NCBI RefSeq assembly: GCF_000341395.1 | Contig: NC_020305.1 | Location: 1 to 32,000, forward strand | Reading direction: 5' to 3' | Length of the DNA stretch: 32,000 bases | Origin: Desulfocapsa sulfexigens DSM 10523 | Lineage (GTDB): Bacteria > Desulfobacterota > Desulfobulbia > Desulfobulbales > Desulfocapsaceae | Notes under the pieces: model-generated | What the model was told of the DNA's origin: nothing | The model's database searches: none | The model's input: the letters and a program-made list of their open reading frames with translations, nothing else | In this document: in pieces, positions 1-8,875 of the stretch | Numbering within the stretch: position 1 is the stretch's first letter | Layout of the letters: the number at the start of each line of letters is the position of its first letter | Program-made: the position numbers and the translations under genes

Positions 1-1
1 A

Positions 2-148
2 GCTGAAGTGCATGAACGAGAGCTAAAAAAAGGCAACCGCAACAGAGCGACTCTTGCCGTTGCACGGAAACTGGTGGCATACATGCTGGCGGTTGATAAA
101 AGCCAAAAGAAATTTACTCCAAAGGAGGTACTGGACAAAGCAGCTTAA
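2..148 (+). CDS. C-terminal fragment of IS110-family-like transposase (gene starts outside window)
   Basis: Reading frame from base 2 translates to AEVHERELKKGNRNRATLAVARKLVAYMLAVDKSQKKFTPKEVLDKAA*, resembling the C-terminus of IS110/IS116/IS902 transposases (ATLAVARKLV). Not in the ORF track because it lacks a start codon in the window. Confidence 0.7.
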   Translation, partial: AEVHERELKKGNRNRATLAVARKLVAYMLAVDKSQKKFTPKEVLDKAA

Positions 149-404
149 ATGAATTGTGATTTTGCGGCTTGGTTTTCCTGCTGATCCTTTCGTTCTGGGG
201 ACTGTGCGAGCTTGAGGGTGATGCACCGATATTGTGTTTAAAGGTCAGCGGGTTTTGATCCAAACTCAATCTTCTGTGACGGCGAACAGCCTGATACTGT
301 AAATAGATGTCTGGTCACAAGCCATTTGTTGACCCAAGGGATAGTAGAAAAAAACAAAGCGGCAAAACGTAACGAAAAAGACAGTTTTTTCACAATGCCC
401 GTCC

Positions 405-466
405 GGTGGAATAGGCCCTGTGACTACGAATATTCACGGGTTCTCCGTCGCAGGGCCTATTCCACC
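405..466. repeat. Perfect 16-bp inverted repeat with 30-nt spacer (GGTGGAATAGGCCCTG ... CAGGGCCTATTCCACC)
   Basis: Direct reading: arms 405-420 and 451-466 are perfect reverse complements. It lies downstream of the transposase fragment. Confidence 0.9.
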
Positions 467-564
467 GAACTCTGTGCTGGAAATAACCAGACCAGGTAGG
501 CTGGGACACAGGAAATCTCCGTTTTCCACTTGACTTTACTTATCATAGATGTCCCCACTTCCGG

Positions 565-978
565 CTAGCCATGCAAGGTTCTACCTTTAATCAACTCAGC
601 ATTCTTAATCGGCTTGAAGGATCTCCAACGAGAATCTTCCGCACAGCGGAAAACCATGAATCCTTCTGTTGCTGTAGCCAAGTCTTTATAGATGTATTCA
701 GCTATCCCTTTTGCGTGGGATGCCAACCCGCCAGAGTCGGCGAAGTAGAGTTCCAAGAATGAGTTTAGTTCGGGGCCATTGATGATTGATTTGCCGACCA
801 ATCCAACTACAAACACCTTCCCGTTAGTCTTGTGAGCGTATAAAAGTATGTCAGCATCGTTCTCAATACCGACACTGACAAGTTCCTTGGATTTGTCAAG
901 ATAAGCTTGGAAAGCTTCCAATGGTATCGATTCTTCACCGGCTAAAAAATTAATGATTCTTTTTTTTATGGGATTCAA
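565..978 (-). CDS. Hypothetical protein (137 aa)
   Basis: Intact ORF with protein-like composition and no family recognised. Confidence 0.5.
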   Translation of the reverse strand: MNPIKKRIINFLAGEESIPLEAFQAYLDKSKELVSVGIENDADILLYAHKTNGKVFVVGLVGKSIINGPELNSFLELYFADSGGLASHAKGIAEYIYKDLATATEGFMVFRCAEDSRWRSFKPIKNAELIKGRTLHG

Positions 979-1075
979 GTTTTCTCTCCTTTTAACGATC
1001 TAAATAAGCTGCGGCGCAACCTGTATTTACCACGTCAGCGCAGCCACGTTTCTCGTCGTCAGCTTGATTTTTTGG

Positions 1076-1684
1076 TTAACCGAATATTTGTCTTTCATTT
1101 GTTTTAAAAAATGCAGGAGCTTTTTTTGAAGCGAATAAAACAACAGCTTGTTTGGCATTTAAACAAGATATTGATCTCCAACCTAAGTTTACAAAATCTT
1201 TCGCATTGATTTCTTCATTGCTGACAAGAGATGCTCTTGTTCTCGTAACATAAAAAACTAAATCTAACTCATTTTTAGTAGTTAAATAAACATCTGACTC
1301 AGACAGTTTTTGACTTTCTAAAAGCACTAGATCATACATCCGAGTGATTTCGGGAGTATCTTGGGCAACTGTCGCTGGTAGTTCAATGTCTTCAAGTTTT
1401 CTTGCTGACTTAATTGCGTTGTATTGATCTTTATAATATTTGCTTCGCAAAATACAGGGGTCAGGAATCTCCTTAATTTGAAAACTGCATTTTCGAAATT
1501 CTACATCGGTTTTGCTATTCTGTTCATGAGATATAATTTCAGAATTTTCATGCGGGATTCCTAGGAACTTTAGCAATTCTTTGACCACCCAACGTTCTCT
1601 TTCTTCCTTACCTCGATTTGAGTAGAAATAAAGAGCATCTTGCGCGGCATCTTTTATGTTCTGTAGGATTTCGTGTTCTTCCAT
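1076..1684 (-). CDS. DUF1780-like protein (202 aa)
   Basis: ERERWVVKELLKFLGIP near the N-terminus and GWRSIS...AVVLFASKKAPAFFKTNERQIFG at the C-terminus resemble DUF1780 proteins. Confidence 0.6.
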   Translation of the reverse strand: MEEHEILQNIKDAAQDALYFYSNRGKEERERWVVKELLKFLGIPHENSEIISHEQNSKTDVEFRKCSFQIKEIPDPCILRSKYYKDQYNAIKSARKLEDIELPATVAQDTPEITRMYDLVLLESQKLSESDVYLTTKNELDLVFYVTRTRASLVSNEEINAKDFVNLGWRSISCLNAKQAVVLFASKKAPAFFKTNERQIFG

Positions 1685-2000
1685 GTGGGATTACTTTTAT
1701 CGGTTAACAAGTTAGTATCTAGTTTCTTGATATCTACATAAAGTCTAAAATGATGACAACGTAATTTCAGTGATATATGTTGGTTTCTAACCTGATATCA
1801 TTCCATACGGCCTGAATAACAAGAAACCGGATATCATTAATTAATGATTCAAATCCCTGCACAGTTTCATCTCTAAACACGAGCTCTATGACCCATCACA
1901 AGCCAGAGCAACAATAATTCTTGGAAGTCAGAGAGCTGGCTTCCACGAAGACAACATACTTCCAAATTCAGTTCCTATTGATATCCCCTCACTGTGTCCA

Positions 2001-2060
2001 ATGATTTGTGCGTCAACAATCATAACTATCCTAAGAATGATACAAGACATATAAATGATA
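2001..2060 (+). repeat. Dispersed intergenic element E, copy 1
   Basis: 60 bp, ATGATTTGTGCGTCAACAATCATAACTATCCTAAGAATGATACAAGACATATAAATGATA. 46/60 identical, ungapped, to the copy at 10821-10880. Confidence 0.8.
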
Positions 2061-2106
2061 GAGAGTGGAAATTTATGCCTGCCCCGACTGCTTACCCTAA
2101 CAACAT

Positions 2107-2631
2107 ATGAATGCTACAAGTGGTCAGGTTTTTCTTGATTCCCAAAAGATATTCATGGTACCTTCTGACAAACCACAGGAGATCAAAATGGAAACCAAGG
2201 AACAGCAACTTACGGCAAAAGAACATAAAGATATTGCCCGGATAGATCAAGATGCCAAGCATACTCATGGGTGGTATGTCCGGATACGATTCCAGGGAAA
2301 AACGAAGACGAAATTTTTCTCTGACAAGAAGTGTGGGGGCAGTGAAATAGCCTTGGATTTGGCTATCTCGTGGCGAAACACTACAGAAAAATCACTTGGG
2401 AAAATAAGAACGGATAAGCGCCTGGTTACCACTACAAATACTGGAACAGGTGTGGTTGGTGTCCGGCTCAATGAGAAAACCAATAAATATGATGTAAGTT
2501 GGCTCACCCCTGAAGGCAAGCAGGGGAAGACATCAGTCTCTATCAGAAAGCATGGCAAAGAAGCTGCATTTATTAGAGCCTGCACTATTCGTCACGAAAA
2601 AGAAAGACTCCGGTTGGGCGGTGATTATTGA
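2107..2631 (+). CDS. AP2-domain-like DNA-binding protein (174 aa)
   Basis: GWYVRIRFQGKTKTKFFSDKKCGGSEIALDLAISWRN and TGVVGVRLNEKTNKYDVSWLTPEGKQGKTSVSIRKHGKEAAFIRACTIRHE look like two AP2-like units, as seen in bacterial mobile-element proteins. Confidence 0.55.
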   Translation: MNATSGQVFLDSQKIFMVPSDKPQEIKMETKEQQLTAKEHKDIARIDQDAKHTHGWYVRIRFQGKTKTKFFSDKKCGGSEIALDLAISWRNTTEKSLGKIRTDKRLVTTTNTGTGVVGVRLNEKTNKYDVSWLTPEGKQGKTSVSIRKHGKEAAFIRACTIRHEKERLRLGGDY

Positions 2632-2650
2632 GGTCGCAGGTGCCCTCCCT

Positions 2651-3045
2651 TCAAGTAGCTATAAGAACCCTGCCCATAACTCCAAATACAATATCGTAGA
2701 TTTCAGGATCACTAGATGCGCTCTTCCCTGCTACATTCAATGTTTCGATCTGATTTTTCTTAACCCACCCTATGATTTCCTCTCCGGCTTCATCGATGGA
2801 AAGTTTTTTCATATCCAGATGCAACCATGGCTTACAGTGCTTAATAGCAAGTTTCCTGGTGAGATCAGAGCCACCTGACAATTTGCCCTGCTGAAAAATG
2901 ACAGTTCCATCGGAATCCATAACATTCTGCTCTGTACGTTTTGGATAACCCCTGGTCGGCATTTCCTTCATAATATACTTTATGTCCAGAGGGCCTTCTA
3001 TTGTCCTGCACCCGTTTGTCCACCTGATATTATCTTCTTTAGCAT
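2651..3045 (-). pseudogene. Putative molybdenum carrier protein (YpsA-like/MoCo carrier family), internally deleted and frameshifted
   Basis: The minus strand from 3045 reads MLKKIISGGQTGAGQ*. The next in-frame conserved portion is in another frame (EGPLDIKYIMKEMPTRGYPKRTEQNVMDSDGTVIFQQGKLSGGSDLTRKLAIKHCKPWLHLD...IETLNVAGKSASSDPEIY). The middle segment expected in this family is absent. Confidence 0.75.
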
Positions 3046-3129
3046 TAAAGTTTACCTATAAGTCAACCAACTGGTTCTGCTTCCGAAGACTCCACTGGAA
3101 ACGATGATATCCTGTGCATTATAGGGAAT

Positions 3130-3228
3130 GAATTGGAAGTCAACGAATAGACTTCCAATTCAATTCACCTTCTGCCCTATGATTCATATGTCAATAATCA
3201 CAATAATGATACAAGTCATATAAATGAT
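3130..3228 (+). repeat. Dispersed intergenic element E, copy 2, with adjacent 12-bp hairpin
   Basis: GAATTGGAAGTC/GACTTCCAATTC (3130-3141 / 3150-3161), then ATGATTCATATGTCAATAATCACAATAATGATACAAGTCATATAAATGAT (3179-3228), matching copies 1 and 3. Confidence 0.75.
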
Positions 3229-3268
3229 TTTTGAGACAGCTCCCCAAAGGACGGTACCAAGAATCCTA

Positions 3269-3805
3269 TTATCATGCGCCGCAGGCCAAGCCCACCCCGG
3301 AATCCTGGTCAGGTGTGTTGTCCGGCTGAACTTTGGAGCGAAGATCAGGGCAGGTATTACCGCCAATGGTGGGATATAACAGACGGACAACACCACTTTA
3401 GGCTGGACTTGGATATACTCCCGGAACGTGGACCGGGCGGGCTCCCAGGGTAGTTCCTGGGTGCGTGACCGGAGCAAGTATCCTGGATCTACCACGGAGC
3501 TGTTCGGGATCGGGTGTGGCCTCCGCGCTTTTGCGGTGGACACCATACTAAGCAGGTGATGGAGATACCACCAGACCGCACAGAGGCAGGGCCCCTGGCT
3601 GTTGTTGGCCAGGTGCACTGCCGAAGCTGGGAGTTTGCATCACCGGGTCATGCGCGCGGCAACCTACCTGGCATCTGCACGGATGGAGCGCAGGTCGCGG
3701 CTTCTGCTGGCTTGGCCGGGCGATGCGAAAGAACGGCGGTTGTTTTGCCGGGCTGCAGCCGACCGGGAAAGACAATTGCAGAGGACGTGCCGGAGCGGGT
3801 GCGGG
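3269..3805 (-). repeat. Large GC-rich intergenic repeat, copy A (inverted relative to copy B at 28427-29139)
   Basis: The reverse complement shares long blocks with copy B: CCCGCACCCGCTCCGGCACGTCC, CCCGGTCGGCTGCAGCCCGGCAAA, CCAGCTTCGGCAGTGCACCTGGC, CCTGCCTCTGTGCG, GGAGGCCACACCCGATCCCGA, GGCCTGCGGCGCATGATA. Confidence 0.85.
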
Positions 3806-4221
3806 ATGATATATATAAGAGGCACCTTTAATCGATCCATTGACAAGAAATTCAGACCTTCGATGCGGCAATCTGGACCTGATGTAACCCAGTAACAACC
3901 CGACAACCTAAATGAAACGTCCATACCCGTACGGAGCTGGGATATCCCCACCTGGCTACCCGACTAGATGATGTTACTCATAAAAAAACTGATATATCTC
4001 CCCATTTCCTATCTATTAACCACCCGTACACTCCTCTGTCATCAATTTCCAGCAAATTTTCAATCCCCGAAAACCACAATTACATGGATCATTTATACTT
4101 TTCAGATAACTACTTGTTATTTATTGACATTGTCTCGAGAACATTTTAAACTTATCGTGCGATGGCATCATACTTATATACACTAAGCCCCAAAATAGCT
4201 TAACAACTAAGAGCGAACCTT

Positions 4222-4950
4222 TTGAAAATTGGCCTTTTACTCTGTGATCATGTACTCGAACCATTGAGAGAAGCTGCGAAGGGTGACTATGATTGTATGT
4301 ACGAAGCAATGGTCACCAAGGCTGCTCATCAGATACACTTAGCGGCCCCTCTTACTATCAAAAAATATTTTGTGATCGACGAATATTTCCCAGACTCACC
4401 TAATGATTGTGACGCATGGTTAGTAACATGCTCCCACCACGATGCAAATGAAGATAACCATTGGATTTCTCGGTTAAAATGTTTCGTTTTAGAAATAATA
4501 GAATACAGAAAGCCATTAGCTGGAATTTGCTTTGGCCATCAATTAATTTCATTAGTCCTTGGCGGGAAAGTGGCAAGACGAAATAAATGGATCGCTGGTG
4601 TACAGAAAGTTCACCTCAGGTCAAATCAATTCTCATCACAACCTAACATAAAACTATTAAGTCTTCATAGAGACGAGGTCACAGTCGCACCTCCAAATGC
4701 CAACGTTATTGCTTCATCTTCCCAAGTTCCGATAGCAATGCTATCCATACCACCTAATATCTTGACTTTTCAGCATCATATGGAGTACACAAAAAGGTAT
4801 TTAATAGCCCTAATTAATTCCAGAAAAGATCTTATAGGATCAGAAATCACCCAAATTGCACTAAATGGAATGAGTCAGGATTTGGATAGCAGTTATGCTG
4901 GAAGACTACTTTTGAAGTTCCTAGCCCAACACAGAAATTTAAATCAATAA
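4222..4950 (+). CDS. Class I glutamine amidotransferase-like protein (GATase1, 242 aa; TTG start)
   Basis: Nucleophile elbow AGICFGHQLISLVLGG and C-terminal FQHHMEYTKRY (His-x-Glu dyad). Confidence 0.8.
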   Translation: MKIGLLLCDHVLEPLREAAKGDYDCMYEAMVTKAAHQIHLAAPLTIKKYFVIDEYFPDSPNDCDAWLVTCSHHDANEDNHWISRLKCFVLEIIEYRKPLAGICFGHQLISLVLGGKVARRNKWIAGVQKVHLRSNQFSSQPNIKLLSLHRDEVTVAPPNANVIASSSQVPIAMLSIPPNILTFQHHMEYTKRYLIALINSRKDLIGSEITQIALNGMSQDLDSSYAGRLLLKFLAQHRNLNQ

Positions 4951-4987
4951 AGACCATCAACACATTTAATAGATCGAAGGAGAAATC

Positions 4988-5926
4988 ATGCCTGCTAAGC
5001 CTATCGTTGCAATCAAAGTTGGAGATCACCTTATACAGCCATGGATTGACAGAATGACTCCATTGCTTCCGGAGTTTGACTTTATTTCATGGCATGATAA
5101 TCCTGACCAGGATCTTGTAGAATACGTTATTGGCTGGTGTCCTGATGCTAGGTGGATAAACGGCTTTCCAAATATTAAAGCTGTCGTTTCTGTGGGTTCG
5201 GGTGTAGATCATATCATTCACCTAGATGAATTAAAAGATACTATCCCAGTAATAAGGACAGTTTCAGACGATCTTATTCAAAGAGTGCGAGAGTTTGCAG
5301 CGCTTAGCGTTTTATCCTGGCATCGACAATTCCCTCAAATAATAGAAAATAATAGCATTAGAGAATGGAAAAGATTCTCAATGGAAACCTCTAGCTATTA
5401 TAAAGTTGGTGTAATGGGCTATGGTTCTATGGGCAAAGCCGTTGCGGAAACATTATCGTCACTTGGTTACAATGTTTCAGTTTGGGCAAATAGTAAGCGA
5501 GATCTTCCTTACAATTATTACTATGGACGGGACAGTCTTAGTAAATTCGCAAAAGATTTGGACATCCTGATCTGCTTACTCCCACTAACCAATGAAACAG
5601 AGAACATCCTCAATGAAGAATTAATGAGAAGTATGAATCAGGGAGGATGTGTTATTAATTTTGCAAGGGGAGCACATTTAGTAGATGATGACCTATTCAA
5701 AGTCTTAGATGATAGTCATTTATCAGCAGCCTACCTTGATGGATTTAGAGAAGAACCTCTTCCCTATAATTCCAAATTTCTTTCCCACGAGAAAGTAATC
5801 GTCACCTTTCATTCAGCAGGGTACATTTCACCTGACATTGGCCCTAAAGTTATAGCTGCAAATATCCAAAAGTTTGAGCGTAATGAAACGCCATGGCCTA
5901 TGTATAATAGAGAAAAAGGATTCTAA
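4988..5926 (+). CDS. D-isomer-specific 2-hydroxyacid dehydrogenase, GhrA-like (312 aa)
   Basis: VGVMGYGSMGKAVAETLSSLGYNVSVW (Rossmann), NFARGAHLVDDD (Arg), FREEPLP (Glu), VTFHSAGY (His). Confidence 0.9.
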   Translation: MPAKPIVAIKVGDHLIQPWIDRMTPLLPEFDFISWHDNPDQDLVEYVIGWCPDARWINGFPNIKAVVSVGSGVDHIIHLDELKDTIPVIRTVSDDLIQRVREFAALSVLSWHRQFPQIIENNSIREWKRFSMETSSYYKVGVMGYGSMGKAVAETLSSLGYNVSVWANSKRDLPYNYYYGRDSLSKFAKDLDILICLLPLTNETENILNEELMRSMNQGGCVINFARGAHLVDDDLFKVLDDSHLSAAYLDGFREEPLPYNSKFLSHEKVIVTFHSAGYISPDIGPKVIAANIQKFERNETPWPMYNREKGF

Positions 5927-5927
5927 T

Positions 5928-6833
5928 ATGGCTAATTGGCAGCTTCTAGTCCAAGCCCCTAGTACAGGTTTTCTACTTTCAGTTGTTGGAGTCGCTATAA
6001 GCCTTATTGGAACAACCGTAGGTATCTATACATTACTAAAGGTAAAAAAAGTAGTAAAGGCCCAGATTGAGGAGAGAAAGCTAACGCAAGAGTTGCTTGA
6101 TGTAGATCAAATAGAGAAAGATCTAAGACGAGTTGTTTCTAAACTAATGCAGGTTAATGACCACGACTCGGTTTCGCTCGCTAACGCACTCTCACAACGT
6201 TTGGGGGCAATCCAGGGTACAAGGAGAGTAATTGATCATGGTGCATCAGCTTGCGGTTGTGCATCGGGCGATGCTGTTTCCATTAAAACTGGTTTTTTCT
6301 GTTCGACACATGTTGATGATTTCATAGAACAAAGCACCTCTCGTATTGACCTCATGACTGGTAGTACAAGGCTAATAGCAGGGTATTTTACTATGGACAA
6401 GATCAAACAGGCATGTGAACGTGGTGTCAAGGTCCGGATAGTTGGGCTATCCCCCGAGGCACCTGATGATATTTTATTAGATGCAGCAAAAACTGTCTCA
6501 AAGCCAGCCCCTGAAACAGCCGAAGACTATCGTAACCTTATAAAGGCAAACCACAACGAAATTAGCAAGGTCGTAAACTCTTGGCCTGCACAAACAAAAG
6601 AACGATTTGAATACCGGGAGAATTTTGGTGTCCCCAGGGTATCTATTGCAAAATCAGATGATGTAATATGCTTAGGTTTCTTACAATTGTTTAGAGATGC
6701 CCAGCCTGAAAAAATCAACGATAGGCAATACATCAAGATTCCCCAAGATTCAGAGTTGGGAAGTGTAGTAATGAAACACTTTGAGCAGGGTTGGAGTGAA
6801 AGTAAGAAAATCATACCAGCAAAAAGCGGATAA
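5928..6833 (+). CDS. Membrane-anchored phospholipase D-like domain protein
   Basis: N-terminal TM segment FLLSVVGVAISLIGTTVGIYTLL, then a PLD-like fold pattern (VDDFIEQSTSRIDLMTGSTRLIAGYFTMDKIKQACERGVKVRIVG). The likely start ATG at 5928 is one base after the preceding stop. No canonical HKD motif seen. Confidence 0.5.
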   Translation: MANWQLLVQAPSTGFLLSVVGVAISLIGTTVGIYTLLKVKKVVKAQIEERKLTQELLDVDQIEKDLRRVVSKLMQVNDHDSVSLANALSQRLGAIQGTRRVIDHGASACGCASGDAVSIKTGFFCSTHVDDFIEQSTSRIDLMTGSTRLIAGYFTMDKIKQACERGVKVRIVGLSPEAPDDILLDAAKTVSKPAPETAEDYRNLIKANHNEISKVVNSWPAQTKERFEYRENFGVPRVSIAKSDDVICLGFLQLFRDAQPEKINDRQYIKIPQDSELGSVVMKHFEQGWSESKKIIPAKSG

Positions 6834-6878
6834 CATAAATATTTCCTGTGGTTCTTCGCACTTTCTGAGGACAACATC

Positions 6879-7808
6879 ATGGCCAGTTTTGCATTTTTCT
6901 TGGATCCGCTTGATACTTTATCCTTAGACAAGGATTCAACCTTACAGATAATAAAGCAAGGATATTTAAAAGGTCATGATGTCGCCGTATTTCATGATAA
7001 GGATCTAATAGTCCGAGATGGTGCTGTTATTATCAACTCAAGAATTATTGATTTTACAGCAGAAACACTCTCGGCACAGGTTGATTGCAAAAAAGATATT
7101 ACTGACTTCGATATACTTTTTGTTCGCAGGGACCCACCAGTAACCATTGAATTCTACACTAGTTTAAGCATACTCTCATCAATCGAAGCTAATATCCCCT
7201 GTATAAACTCTCCTTCTTCTATTTTAACCTTTCCCGAAAAAATTGGGCCTACCACCTTTAAACAACTACACCCTCCAACATTAATTTCCAGTAATCTTTC
7301 CGAAATCTATGACTTTAAAAAAGAACATGGAGCTGTCGTAGTAAAACCGTTATACAATTACTGTGGAAATGGGGTTTATATTAGTTTACAAAATGATCGA
7401 AATTTCAACTCTATCCTCTCACTGTTCAAAATGAACAGTAATACGCCTATATTATTGCAGAAATTCATAGAAGACGTTTCAGACGGCGACAGACGGATCA
7501 TAATGCTAGGTGGTGAACCCGTAGGTGCCATAAACCGTAAGGCAAGCCCCAATGATTTTAGATGCAATATGTTTGCTGGTGGAACCCCAACACTTCATAA
7601 CCTATCGTCGACCGAATTAGAAATGTGTGCCCAAATAAGCCCGATACTGACTGAAAGAGGTCTACATCTAGTTGGAATTGATATTATTGGCAACTATATA
7701 ACAGAAATTAATACAACCGCACCTACAGGTATATTTCAAATTGCCGACCTTGGTGGCCCGAATCTATGTGCTACAATAATTGACTACGCAGAAACGCTAA
7801 TAAAATGA
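6879..7808 (+). CDS. GshB-like ATP-grasp ligase (glutathione synthetase family, 309 aa)
   Basis: FVRRDPP, GAVVVKPLYNYCGNGVY, QKFIEDVSDGDRRIIMLGGEPVGAINR, HLVGIDIIGNYITEINTTAPTGI are characteristic of bacterial GshB. Confidence 0.88.
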   Translation: MASFAFFLDPLDTLSLDKDSTLQIIKQGYLKGHDVAVFHDKDLIVRDGAVIINSRIIDFTAETLSAQVDCKKDITDFDILFVRRDPPVTIEFYTSLSILSSIEANIPCINSPSSILTFPEKIGPTTFKQLHPPTLISSNLSEIYDFKKEHGAVVVKPLYNYCGNGVYISLQNDRNFNSILSLFKMNSNTPILLQKFIEDVSDGDRRIIMLGGEPVGAINRKASPNDFRCNMFAGGTPTLHNLSSTELEMCAQISPILTERGLHLVGIDIIGNYITEINTTAPTGIFQIADLGGPNLCATIIDYAETLIK

Positions 7809-8875
7809 GCTATCCAACAAATACATCAGACATTGAGGTTCCATTTCTCAAAATTTCAGGCTCTCCCAAAGAAATGGGCCTAACTCATGGAGAAACATAT
7901 CGTAATTTAATAGGAACTCTCTTCGAAATACGCCATGAATTACTCTTAAAAGGTGCCAAAGGATCTGATGAAAATAAAATTGAAGACATAGCGTATTCTT
8001 TCTGGAAATATATCAGCAATTTTGACAAGCCCTTAGCAATAGAATTGGAATCAACAGCCAAAGCAGCGAATATTCTTCCATGGAAGCTGGTTGTTGCAGG
8101 TGGTTTCACTGATCTTATGGATGCGCTTTCAACTACTATTCATCCAGATTATCATGAATGCACCGTTGCCATCGACCCTGCCAAAGGCTTCATCGCTGGA
8201 ACATGGGACAGCCACCCCGAAGCAGGAGAAGCACTAATCCTGTTAGAACGACACCCGAATAACGGCCCTGCAACTCTAGCCCTCACAACAGCTGGCTGGC
8301 CATGTCAACAAGGCCTCAATAGTTATGGTGTTGGATTTGCGATTACCAATCTCACCCCAAACAAATCTTCAAAACATGGCCTAGTTTATATTGCTGCTAA
8401 TGCTTTCTTAGGAACAGCACAAAGTACATCTCACATCTTAAACCAGCTAAAAACAGAAACTTATTGCTCAGGCCATTCTTACATTGTTCTTGATAGAACT
8501 GGATCTGGTGCAATTATGGAAACAACCAACACCACAACTAATATTTTACAAATTAACTCTCTCACCACCAAGGCTAATCATTACCTATCTGGGCCACAAA
8601 GCATTGATAACAACAGTAATTATCTCTACTATGACTACAGTATTTCACGTGAAAAGGAATTACATGAGAACATATCCCAAATGGCTAATGCACAAGATTT
8701 TCCTAGTTGCCTCTTTAATTCTCAGAAAGTCAATCGTACTGATAGTTCTCAGGTAGCTATCACTTGCGCACATTTTCTAATTTCGGTAATCGATAATACG
8801 ATTTGGTACGCAAAAGGCCCTGCTCTTCCTCCTCTAAAATATCAGATGCTATCAAAAACATTAAGTGACGAGTAA
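7805..8875 (+). CDS. C45-family autoproteolytic acyltransferase/hydrolase-like protein (IAT-like Ntn hydrolase, 356 aa)
   Basis: N-terminal LGLTHGETYRNLI-type region, candidate nucleophile in HECTVAID, then GTWDSHPEAGEALILLE and GLNSYGVGFAITNLTP. Overlaps gshB-like by 4 bp. Confidence 0.8.
   Translation: MSYPTNTSDIEVPFLKISGSPKEMGLTHGETYRNLIGTLFEIRHELLLKGAKGSDENKIEDIAYSFWKYISNFDKPLAIELESTAKAANILPWKLVVAGGFTDLMDALSTTIHPDYHECTVAIDPAKGFIAGTWDSHPEAGEALILLERHPNNGPATLALTTAGWPCQQGLNSYGVGFAITNLTPNKSSKHGLVYIAANAFLGTAQSTSHILNQLKTETYCSGHSYIVLDRTGSGAIMETTNTTTNILQINSLTTKANHYLSGPQSIDNNSNYLYYDYSISREKELHENISQMANAQDFPSCLFNSQKVNRTDSSQVAITCAHFLISVIDNTIWYAKGPALPPLKYQMLSKTLSDE

Noticed and set aside
405-466. Rho-independent terminator interpretation of the 16-bp inverted repeat
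   Set aside because: 30-nt loop and no adjacent T-run on either side at the stem base.
2552-2878. ORF 2552..2878 (+) as a gene
   Set aside because: It overlaps the AP2-like gene end and is antisense to the recognisable molybdenum-carrier relic; no supporting motif.
3184-3951. ORFs 3184..3618, 3514..3831, 3548..3898, 3602..3895, 3664..3951
   Set aside because: Same reasoning; they lie in repeat copy A and are explained by the noncoding repeat.
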